Positions 25,939-34,445 of a DNA stretch of 64,000 nt are shown here, piece by piece. The stretch lies in the IMG/VR virus record IMGVR_UViG_3300021957_000004, one strand, 5' to 3'. Position 1 is the first letter of the stretch. Each line of letters begins with the position of its first letter. Both the position numbers and the translations under genes were made by a program. The DNA comes from a virus. The notes under the pieces were generated by a model, which searched no databases, had not been told where the DNA came from, and saw nothing but the letters and a program-made list of their open reading frames with translations.

Positions 25939-26642
25939 AAAAAACTTTGAAGACCTTTTAGTTCTACTTTGTTTTCTTTACTACACTTAATACATTTATA
26001 CTCTATATCATGAGTTAATGTTGGAACTGTTTCAAAGAAAGCAGATATCAATTTGAATTGTGGTGCGGTTAAGTTATTCACAAATGCCTCAACAGATTCT
26101 CTTGGTTCGTCTTTCGTATCATATACTCCATCATCATCAAATATTGTATCAATACAATCAATAACTAAATCAAACGCACCTTCTGCTTTCGCTAGGTGGG
26201 ATTCATCATATTTTTCTATATCCATTATTCCAGGATATCTAAGCGTTACGCCTATATCCTTATCTATAATAACGGTGTTAGATTCTGGAAGATCTGTTAG
26301 ATTTATTTCTTCTAAATTAACTCGGACTGGTGTAACGGAATTACACGTTTCATCTAAGCATTTAAGTTCTAAATCTACGATCTCGCCAACAGACTTTGAA
26401 CGTAAGGCTAAAAACATTTTTTCGAAATCAAAAAGTGTAAAATGATTCATGTCTAGTTTCTCATATACACAATCTTCGATTATATCTTTTAAAGTTCTAA
26501 TAATCATTTTTTGATCTTTCGATTCTAAAGCAATCATTAAAAGTTTTTCTTCCTTTACATTATAAGGTCTGTATTCTATTTGTTCTCCTGTACTCGGCAA
26601 AATTGTCGTGTACCTAGAACTATTCACTACTGGCAAAGCCAT
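25932..26642 (-). CDS. gp26: Baseplate hub assembly protein gp26
   Basis: MALP...LPSTG..I.YRPYNVKEEKLL, LRSKSVGE, CxxC pairs, terminal GLQSFF. Confidence 0.88.
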   Translation of the reverse strand: MALPVVNSSRYTTILPSTGEQIEYRPYNVKEEKLLMIALESKDQKMIIRTLKDIIEDCVYEKLDMNHFTLFDFEKMFLALRSKSVGEIVDLELKCLDETCNSVTPVRVNLEEINLTDLPESNTVIIDKDIGVTLRYPGIMDIEKYDESHLAKAEGAFDLVIDCIDTIFDDDGVYDTKDEPRESVEAFVNNLTAPQFKLISAFFETVPTLTHDIEYKCIKCSKENKVELKGLQSFFT

Positions 26643-26653
26643 AATTTATTCTC

Positions 26654-27289
26654 CTAAGTAATAGTATTAATTGCGCTTCTTATTGCTGAACCTGTAGAAC
26701 TCAAAGGTCCTTCAGGCACGAATCTATCGTAAGCAAAAGTTACGCTCATTTCAGTTACTGCATCTGTTTGGGCATTATCTAAAGCAATGCCTTCATAACT
26801 TACAGGATAAGCCTTTAAAAGCTTAACTCCATAGACCGGAATGTTCTTCTGGTTCAGTTGCTGTATTATCACGTCAACAGAATAATCATTTTTAAATCCT
26901 GTGACATATGATTCGGTATTAAATATGCCTGACTGCCATTGTTCAAGCATATTTCTCATATAATAATCATTTGTTAAATGGAATGTCATAGTAACATCCT
27001 CATCAATAAATGTATATGGGTATTTGTTTTGTTGTTTGTCGTGATCGTGCTCAAATGTAGATAATGTTCTACCTGGCATATTAACTGATTTACATAAGAT
27101 AGATATATCTCTTGGATCGTTAAGTAAATTACCAGCGCTAAAATTTCCTGATAATAGCGAGCTTACGATTTGTTGTGGATTAATGTTTAATAAAGAAACT
27201 GCAGGAGGTGCAAAAATAACATTGAATCTATTAGCTGGGGCTAATCCACCTTTCTTTGCTATTGTTGATTTTAAATTTTCAATATTCAT
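26654..27289 (-). CDS. Tail-tube-fold protein (gp54 tube initiator / gp19-like)
   Basis: GGLAPANRF, LCKSVNMPG, LLKAYPVS, VTFAY. Confidence 0.75.
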   Translation of the reverse strand: MNIENLKSTIAKKGGLAPANRFNVIFAPPAVSLLNINPQQIVSSLLSGNFSAGNLLNDPRDISILCKSVNMPGRTLSTFEHDHDKQQNKYPYTFIDEDVTMTFHLTNDYYMRNMLEQWQSGIFNTESYVTGFKNDYSVDVIIQQLNQKNIPVYGVKLLKAYPVSYEGIALDNAQTDAVTEMSVTFAYDRFVPEGPLSSTGSAIRSAINTIT

Positions 27290-27291
27290 TA

Positions 27292-27879
27292 TTACCCTCT
27301 AATGATTTTATTAGAATCAGCCCAAACTGCTGATTTACCTTTCTTCTTAAATTGTTCTGTTGGTAAGAATATAGCTATTTCCCATTCTGCCATAGGTACA
27401 CGAACTATCTTTGAAGCTACGTGACCTGTTAGATAGTGTTTAAAGCAAGGTTTAAATTCTTTAAACTTTTTACTTGATTGCAATAAATTATATCTAGCTT
27501 TTATTCTACTTTTATCTGTTATCTTTTTTGGCGCTGTTTTCATTAGCTCATCTAAAAACTTAGCTCTTACTCTCGGATTTAAATAATGTAAATTTAATCC
27601 GTAGAATCCACCAGGTGCAGGTTCAACCATTAGCACTAATGGAAATCTATCATAGTAAGGCAATTCTTCTTTATATTTAGGATCGTAAAAATACATGTAC
27701 ATATTTCCAAATACCGTTTTTGTTACTGGATCTAATGCGTCATCTTTTAATAAAGATGTACGATTTACCTGACCTAATTTTTTTATATTAGCCTGAAACC
27801 ATTTCTTGCTTTCTTCTGTTCTAGCAGTTATGCCAGCTCGGAATGCGCCTAATTCTAATGTATCAAATAAACTTGCCAT
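27292..27879 (-). CDS. gp2: DNA end protector protein gp2
   Basis: YDPKYKEELPYYDRFPL, GLNLHYL, CFKHYL, AIFLPTEQF, VWADS. Confidence 0.92.
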   Translation of the reverse strand: MASLFDTLELGAFRAGITARTEESKKWFQANIKKLGQVNRTSLLKDDALDPVTKTVFGNMYMYFYDPKYKEELPYYDRFPLVLMVEPAPGGFYGLNLHYLNPRVRAKFLDELMKTAPKKITDKSRIKARYNLLQSSKKFKEFKPCFKHYLTGHVASKIVRVPMAEWEIAIFLPTEQFKKKGKSAVWADSNKIIRG

Positions 27880-27883
27880 AGTA

Positions 27884-28336
27884 CTATTTATGCTTTCCTG
27901 TTAGTAGTTTGATCCCTAAATTCTTTAAAGTATCTTCTGTCCACACCTGGAACTTCCACCCTTTATGTTCAGCAAACTGTGATGCAGCATTCCATTTATC
28001 TGTATTTTTAATAAATGTGGTTACTTCTCTTAAATGTTTCTTGGTTTTTCTTCCGCCTTTTGGTGGAACCGTTTCTTTCTTCGGTTTAATTTCAACTAAA
28101 TATACATCACCATTGGTCATTTCTATTAATAAGTCAACAAAATAACGGTGTATTCTTCCGTCCACTTGCCATTTATATGGTACAACTACTTCTTCACTGT
28201 TCCAAAAACGTATGTTTGGATTAGCTTCGCACCATTTAAACGCTTGTCTTTCCCATAAAGATCTATATTGTACTTTACTTGCATCGCCTGCATACTTTGA
28301 TTTGTTTTTTATTGTGTATTTGCCTTTGTAACTCAT
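27884..28336 (-). CDS. gp4: Head completion nuclease gp4
   Basis: MSYKGKY...YRSLWE, WNSEE, HRYFVD, VEIKP, KWNAA; ATG at 28336. Confidence 0.92.
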   Translation of the reverse strand: MSYKGKYTIKNKSKYAGDASKVQYRSLWERQAFKWCEANPNIRFWNSEEVVVPYKWQVDGRIHRYFVDLLIEMTNGDVYLVEIKPKKETVPPKGGRKTKKHLREVTTFIKNTDKWNAASQFAEHKGWKFQVWTEDTLKNLGIKLLTGKHK

Positions 28337-28378
28337 ATAAATAAACCTATAATAATTAATTTTATACAGGTATTTATA
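28336..28378. promoter_or_regulatory. Pair of opposed T4 late promoters
   Basis: TATAAATA at 28336-28343 (+) and TATTTATA at 28371-28378 (minus-strand TATAAATA) between divergent gp4 and gp48. Confidence 0.8.
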
Positions 28379-29208
28379 TGGCTTCAATATTAACTTTCCC
28401 AAGAACTCTTCGCAGTGCAGCGGATGATAAAATGCCACATATTGGATTTTCTCTTACTGGTAAAAATAAACCAGATGCTACAGAAATAGATAGAGTACAT
28501 TTATTCATTCCATCTGGATTTTCAGTAAAAGACGGTGCGTCATTTCAAGGTTTAGAGCTTGGTACTATTAATGCTATGAAACAAGTTGCTGATACCGTAA
28601 AGAAAGGCGAAAGTGTTGATTCTTCAGATATATTTTCAGGTACAGATGCTACTGTAATGGGAATGAAAGCTATTGAAGGTCTTACAGGTGGAGCAGGTGG
28701 TGCATCAGCAAAAGCTGCTATGGATCAAGGCGTTGCTTTTAACCCACAAACAGCATTGGCATTTGATGGTGTTGAATTAAGAACATTTTCCTTTGCGTTT
28801 AAGTTAGTACCAGAATCAAAAGAAGAAGCAGAAGACGCAAGACGAATAGAAAACTTTTTTAGAAAATACTTATATCCAGAAGCTGCAGGAGCTTTTTCAC
28901 TTAAGTATCCTCCTAAATTTAAAATACAATTCTTTGTTGGTGAAGAAGAAAACACATATATGCCAATGATACACGATTGCTATTTATCTGGGGTTCAGGC
29001 AAACTTTAATCCAGACGGTAATTCATTCTATATAGATGGACAACCAACTGCCATTGAATTATCATTAGAATTCTCAGAAGCGAAACAACTTACAAGAAAT
29101 GATTTATATATTAAGAGCACAGGAGGTAGTGATCCTGAATATGATTACACAAGACCAGGATCATTCCCAAATGAATCTTCAGCTGGTAAATCCGGAGGTC
29201 AAGGATAA
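28378..29208 (+). CDS. gp48: Baseplate tail tube cap gp48
   Basis: NPQTALAFDGVELRTFSFAFKLVPESKEEA, YPPKF, DGQPTAIELSLEFSE. Confidence 0.85.
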   Translation: MASILTFPRTLRSAADDKMPHIGFSLTGKNKPDATEIDRVHLFIPSGFSVKDGASFQGLELGTINAMKQVADTVKKGESVDSSDIFSGTDATVMGMKAIEGLTGGAGGASAKAAMDQGVAFNPQTALAFDGVELRTFSFAFKLVPESKEEAEDARRIENFFRKYLYPEAAGAFSLKYPPKFKIQFFVGEEENTYMPMIHDCYLSGVQANFNPDGNSFYIDGQPTAIELSLEFSEAKQLTRNDLYIKSTGGSDPEYDYTRPGSFPNESSAGKSGGQG

Positions 29209-30047
29209 TGGCATTCTTTAAACAATTTCCTAAAGTACAATATGACTTCGAAAGAAATGGAATAGTACAAAACGTGGTTAACATTTACAGAAGTGTTAGA
29301 CCTTTACAAAATTTTATTGATGACTCTACTGCATATACTTTTTATGAAATTAAAAATGGCGAAAGGCCTGATATAGTTTCACAAAGGTTATATGATAACC
29401 CAAATTATTATTGGACGTTCTTTATTGTAAATGATATACTACATGATGGTATGCGTGCATGGCCAATGAGCCAAGAAGATCTATTTGATTACTTAGAAGT
29501 TGAATATGAAGGTTATGTTATTAATACTAACCCGAGTATTGTTCGAAACACTGATGGTATTATAACTAAGTTTACAGATAGTTTAGCTGGTTCAGTTCCA
29601 AATGTTTCAAATGGAGCATTTAATATGGGTGAAACTGTTACAGGTTCTATATCCGGATTCAGTGGTCAACTAACTAAAAAGAATGTAGATTTAAATCAAT
29701 TGGTAATACAAAACGTAAATTCAAAAGCACCACTTGGTGATCCAGAAGCTATAAGCGGTGGTACTGAATTGTTAATTGGTCAAACCTCAGGTGATTCTGT
29801 TGGTACTTATCAAGCATACAAATATTCAGAAGCACCACATCATTATTATATAACTGGTGATAAAGAAAAAAGACAAGTGACAAATGCACAATTCATACAA
29901 GGTGGAGAACCTTCCTCCAATTTAAGTTTCCAAACAAATAGATCTTATGTGAATGAATTAAACGAGGAAAGGTCCAGAATAAGGGTGGTTGATCCAGCCT
30001 ATATAGATCGATTTGCAGATGAGTTTGAGAAAATATTAAATGTCTAG
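29208..30047 (+). CDS. gp53: Baseplate wedge subunit gp53
   Basis: FFKQFPKVQY, GERPDIVSQRLY...YYWTFFIVN, WPMSQ, NEERSRIRV. Confidence 0.88.
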   Translation: MAFFKQFPKVQYDFERNGIVQNVVNIYRSVRPLQNFIDDSTAYTFYEIKNGERPDIVSQRLYDNPNYYWTFFIVNDILHDGMRAWPMSQEDLFDYLEVEYEGYVINTNPSIVRNTDGIITKFTDSLAGSVPNVSNGAFNMGETVTGSISGFSGQLTKKNVDLNQLVIQNVNSKAPLGDPEAISGGTELLIGQTSGDSVGTYQAYKYSEAPHHYYITGDKEKRQVTNAQFIQGGEPSSNLSFQTNRSYVNELNEERSRIRVVDPAYIDRFADEFEKILNV

Positions 30048-31353
30048 TGTAAGCAGTAGATCCGTCGAAGGCGTTGATGGAAATATAACCCCTGATTCTT
30101 ATATATTGGAATCAGTTAAGTTCTTTCCTAACTCTGGTAAAAAAGAAATTGATATTAAATCTTTCGTACAACAACTAGAATTCTATGAAGATATTAATAC
30201 GCCTTTTATTGAAGGTATCATTTATATACAAGATGCTGCTAACTTCCTAGAAGAACAAAAAGTAAATGGTAATGAAAGATTAGAGGTTAAAGTAAAAAGA
30301 ACTCCTCTCGATGGTACACAAGAAAAAGTTTCTAAATTCGAATTAACGTTATATATTGCAGAAGTATTTAACTTTGTTCGAGAAGCACCAGGTAAACAAT
30401 TCTATAAATTTAGAGTCGTATCAGAACAGTTATATAATAACCAAGGTAAAACATTACAAAGATCTTTTCAAGGATCTATAGGTAAATTAGTAAAAGACAT
30501 TTGTAAGAAAGATCTTAAGATAAATGCTAAACTAAACCTAGACACTAAAGATATTATTAAAGGGGTTTATCCAACGCTAAGACCTATTCAAGCTATTAAT
30601 TGGTTATTGAAAAATGCATACGATAACGGTACACCTTATTATTTCTATGAAACATTAAAAGATGGATTACATTTTAATTCATTAGAGAATTTATACGAGC
30701 AAGAACAATATGAGGAATATGAATTCCTTCCTTATTTTAAACATGACATCGGAACAAGTGGTTCTTATAACGAAATAAGAAAAAGAATAATAGCTTTTGG
30801 TAGTGATTTAGGTATGGGTAAGTTAAATGATGTTGGTTCGGGTGCGTACGCGAGCACGCTCCATACGGTCGACCTCGCGAAGAAATCATATAAGAAAACA
30901 TTTTATAACTACGATTCAGCTAACCCAAAAAAATTAAACAAAAATAAACCATTTAGCGATAACACTAAAATCTTAGATAGAAACTTAGTTGATCTAAAAG
31001 AAGGAAAGAACTATTTTATTTCTTTAAATAGTGAAGCATTTCCTTTACACAAGAATTACCACGGTCCAGCTTATACCACAATATTAAAATCAGAATCACA
31101 TTTACAAACATTAGGATTTAATACCCACACGATAGCTTTACCAGGGGATTTTGGTTTATGTGTTGGATCTAAAATAGGTATTGTTACAATCAAGCCGACA
31201 ACAATAGAAGATGCAGATCAAGCCCCAGTTATGTTAGATAAATACACAGGTGGAAATTACTTAGTCACAAGAATAGTACATAAGTTTGATGACTTCTATA
31301 CACAAAAATTAACTATACAAAGAGATTCAAGTGGGGTAAGTGTAGATGCGTAA
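30040..31353 (+). CDS. Putative baseplate hub protein (gp27-like)
   Basis: 437 aa between gp53 and gp5; FYEDI, YYFYET, GNYLVTRIVHKF. Confidence 0.6.
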   Translation: MSSVSSRSVEGVDGNITPDSYILESVKFFPNSGKKEIDIKSFVQQLEFYEDINTPFIEGIIYIQDAANFLEEQKVNGNERLEVKVKRTPLDGTQEKVSKFELTLYIAEVFNFVREAPGKQFYKFRVVSEQLYNNQGKTLQRSFQGSIGKLVKDICKKDLKINAKLNLDTKDIIKGVYPTLRPIQAINWLLKNAYDNGTPYYFYETLKDGLHFNSLENLYEQEQYEEYEFLPYFKHDIGTSGSYNEIRKRIIAFGSDLGMGKLNDVGSGAYASTLHTVDLAKKSYKKTFYNYDSANPKKLNKNKPFSDNTKILDRNLVDLKEGKNYFISLNSEAFPLHKNYHGPAYTTILKSESHLQTLGFNTHTIALPGDFGLCVGSKIGIVTIKPTTIEDADQAPVMLDKYTGGNYLVTRIVHKFDDFYTQKLTIQRDSSGVSVDA

Positions 31354-32113
31354 TGATATGTTTGTAGATGGAACCTTTACTTGGTTCATGGGTGTTATAG
31401 AAAATGTAATAGATCCTAAAAAAAGAAATAGAGTAAAGGTAAGATGCTTTGGTTATCACACCGACGATAAGGCATTATTAGCAACTTCTGATTTACCGTG
31501 GGCAACAGTTATGATGCCAAACACTTCTCCAAGTGTAGATGGTATAGGAATGAATCACCAGCTATTAACAGGAAGTTGGGTGATTGGATTCTTTAGAGAT
31601 GGACCAAGTGCACAAGACCCTATTGTAATGGGTAGTTTAGCTTCATTCACAGAAGAAGCACCAGATCAATCTAGGGGCTTTACAGGCAACTACGGTAATA
31701 CCGCAGGCAAAGAAGATCTGCCTACAGAGGTTGATCTGTTTAATGAAAATCAAGTTATTAAAACCATGGGTGGGCATTTAATTGAATTAGATAATACCTT
31801 AGGTCTAGAAAGAATTAATGTTAAGCATTTTTCTGGAACAACTATATTAATTGATCCAGCCGGTGGAATACAAATCGATGCGGTAAATGATGTAGTTAAT
31901 ATAGATGGTAACGTAACTGTTACGGGTTATATACATGCTTCAGGAGATATTTCAACTGCTGCAGGAAATGATATCACTCTCGCATCTCATACGCACACGG
32001 AAGTACCTGGAACTGGTGGACAAGCTTCACCTAACCCTGCAACACAAGAAACAACTGCTGGTAATGGCGGCGCGGGTCCTGTTGTACCTGAAGAAGAATC
32101 CGAATCCACCTGA
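31346..32113 (+). CDS. gp5: Baseplate central spike (gp5 OB-fold, no lysozyme domain)
   Basis: WFMGVIE..DP...RVKVRCFGYH, LPWA, WVIGFFRDG..AQDPIVMG; C-terminal LASHTH. Confidence 0.85.
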   Translation: MRNDMFVDGTFTWFMGVIENVIDPKKRNRVKVRCFGYHTDDKALLATSDLPWATVMMPNTSPSVDGIGMNHQLLTGSWVIGFFRDGPSAQDPIVMGSLASFTEEAPDQSRGFTGNYGNTAGKEDLPTEVDLFNENQVIKTMGGHLIELDNTLGLERINVKHFSGTTILIDPAGGIQIDAVNDVVNIDGNVTVTGYIHASGDISTAAGNDITLASHTHTEVPGTGGQASPNPATQETTAGNGGAGPVVPEEESEST

Positions 32114-32121
32114 TAAAAGAG

Positions 32122-32129
32122 TATAAATA
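32122..32129 (+). promoter_or_regulatory. T4 late promoter TATAAATA
   Basis: Exact consensus before gp25. Confidence 0.75.
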
Positions 32130-32134
32130 GATAC

Positions 32135-32596
32135 ATGGCAAATGAAACATCACCTTTAATACAATCCGACGCTAGTGTTAGTAAATCTATCTCTAAGTCA
32201 AAAATTGTTGCAAGAAGAAAAGGATATAGGGATTTAGACCTAGCATTAAAGATACATCCAATTAGAAAAGATTTAAATATATTAAAGGATGATAATGCTA
32301 TTAAGAATGCAGTAAGAAATTTATTAATAAGTAATGCATTCGAGCGTCCGTTTCAACCACAACTTGGTGCTAATCTAAGAGGTTTATTATTTGAACCAGC
32401 AGATGCTATAACCAAGATAGCTATAAAAGAAAATGTAAGTAATGTGATTAAAGATTATGAACCGAGAGTTAAATTACTTTCAGTTGCTATAAACGATTTA
32501 TCTGATCAGAATGCTTATAGATTAACAGTTAAATTTTTAATAAAAGAATATGACACAAACGAATCTGTGGAAATATTACTACGAAGGTTAAGATAA
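32135..32596 (+). CDS. gp25: Baseplate wedge subunit gp25
   Basis: YRDLDL, AIKNAVRNLL, ERPFQPQLG, YEPRV. Confidence 0.92.
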   Translation: MANETSPLIQSDASVSKSISKSKIVARRKGYRDLDLALKIHPIRKDLNILKDDNAIKNAVRNLLISNAFERPFQPQLGANLRGLLFEPADAITKIAIKENVSNVIKDYEPRVKLLSVAINDLSDQNAYRLTVKFLIKEYDTNESVEILLRRLR

Positions 32597-32597
32597 A

Positions 32598-34445
32598 ATG
32601 GCAAGTAATTTAAAAGTCACCGAACTAGATTTTGATCAGATCAAAACTAATCTAAAAAACTTCCTAAAAACACAATCAGAGTTTACTGATTATGATTTTG
32701 ATGGATCAGGCATGAGTGTATTACTAGATGTTCTAGCATATAATACACATTACAATGCAATGAATGCTCACTTCTCTTTGAATGAAGCATTCTTAGATTC
32801 CGCACAAATAAGAGGAAACGTTGTAACAAGAGCAAAACTATTAGGTTATGTTCCTCGTTCTATTCTATCACCAAGAGCTACTGTTACTTTTGTAGTTAAT
32901 GTAAATGGAGTAGATGGAACTATCCCAACTACGCTTACGTTAAAAAGAGGAACTAAATTAAATACCTTAGTAGATGGTGAAGAGTTTCAGTACGTTGTAT
33001 TAGACAATCACACAGCAACTATATCGGATAACATATTTACGTTTTCTAATATTATTATTGCAGAAGGTTCTTTTAAAACTTTAAAATATAGGGTTGATAA
33101 CGATATAGAGAATCAGAAATTTCAACTCTCAGACTCAGATGCAGATACTTCTACGTTAAGAGTTAGAGTACAAGACAACGAAGAAAGCTCAGCCTTTGAT
33201 ATATACACAAAATTCGAATCATTAAAATCAGTTGATTCAACAACAAAGACTTATTACTTACAAGAAAATTCAAATGAATATTTTGAAATATATTTTGGTG
33301 ATGGAGTAACGGGTTATAAACCTATTAATAATAACATCGTAACTTTGGATTACATTTATACAAATGGAAAAGATTCTAACGGCGCTAATACATTTTTTAA
33401 AGTAGATAATATTGAGGGTTTTGAGAATATAACTATTACAACAATCGTAAAAGCAGCAGGTGGTGTTGATGCAGAAACAACAGAAAGTATTCGATTCAAT
33501 GCACCATTAACATTTACTTCCCAAAACAGAGCGGTTACATCGGACGATTATTCTGCTATTATTAAAAAATCATTTACTAATATCGATTCTATTTCTACTT
33601 GGGGTGGTGAAGACAATGATCCACCTGATTACGGTAAAGCTTATATAGCTATTAAACCTCTTACATCTACTATATTAACTACAGCAGAAAAGAATGAAAT
33701 CAAAGATACAATTTTAAAAGGAAAGAACGTAGTTAGTATTACGCCAGAGATTTTAGATCCTAACTTTACTTATTTAGAATTAGATGTATTTTTTAAATAT
33801 AATCCTAACCTTACAGATAGATCTAGTTCGGACTTACAATCCGTTGTAAGAGATACAATAAGCGATTACAACTTTAATAACTTAAATAAATTCGATGGTG
33901 TGTTTAGGCATTCCCAATTATTAAAGAACATTGATAACGCAGATCCATCAATTCAAAACAGTACTGTTAGACCTCGTATGTTTCAAAACATACCAGCAAC
34001 AACTAACATAACTACGAATAACTTTTCATTAACGTTTACTTCGCCTTTTTATCAATCAGGAGAATCAACCAAGCATATTATATCTTCTACTGCATTTACT
34101 ATTAATGGTGAAGATCATTACTTTGGTGATGAACCTATTACAGGATCAACAAGCAGAAAGGTTATAGTATATAAGGTTGTATCAGGTTCAAACGTAATTG
34201 TTATTTCAGACGCAGGAATAGTTAACGTAGACAGTGGAACAATTACATTAAATAGTTTTGCACCAGCTACTAATACAACTATTCGAATAACAGTTATACC
34301 AAACTCATTAGACTTAGCGCCAAAAAGAGATCAATTACTTTCTATTGAAAACACAAGAGTAACAATTACTCCTGAAGTTGATACGATATCAGTAAGTGGA
34401 TCCGCTGGTTCTATTCGATACACAACTACCCCAAGACTTAAATAA
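32598..34445 (+). CDS. gp6: Baseplate wedge subunit gp6
   Basis: LDFDQIKTNL, FTDYDFDGSG, LAYNTHY, QNRAVTSDDY, WGGEDNDPPDYGK. Confidence 0.95.
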   Translation: MASNLKVTELDFDQIKTNLKNFLKTQSEFTDYDFDGSGMSVLLDVLAYNTHYNAMNAHFSLNEAFLDSAQIRGNVVTRAKLLGYVPRSILSPRATVTFVVNVNGVDGTIPTTLTLKRGTKLNTLVDGEEFQYVVLDNHTATISDNIFTFSNIIIAEGSFKTLKYRVDNDIENQKFQLSDSDADTSTLRVRVQDNEESSAFDIYTKFESLKSVDSTTKTYYLQENSNEYFEIYFGDGVTGYKPINNNIVTLDYIYTNGKDSNGANTFFKVDNIEGFENITITTIVKAAGGVDAETTESIRFNAPLTFTSQNRAVTSDDYSAIIKKSFTNIDSISTWGGEDNDPPDYGKAYIAIKPLTSTILTTAEKNEIKDTILKGKNVVSITPEILDPNFTYLELDVFFKYNPNLTDRSSSDLQSVVRDTISDYNFNNLNKFDGVFRHSQLLKNIDNADPSIQNSTVRPRMFQNIPATTNITTNNFSLTFTSPFYQSGESTKHIISSTAFTINGEDHYFGDEPITGSTSRKVIVYKVVSGSNVIVISDAGIVNVDSGTITLNSFAPATNTTIRITVIPNSLDLAPKRDQLLSIENTRVTITPEVDTISVSGSAGSIRYTTTPRLK

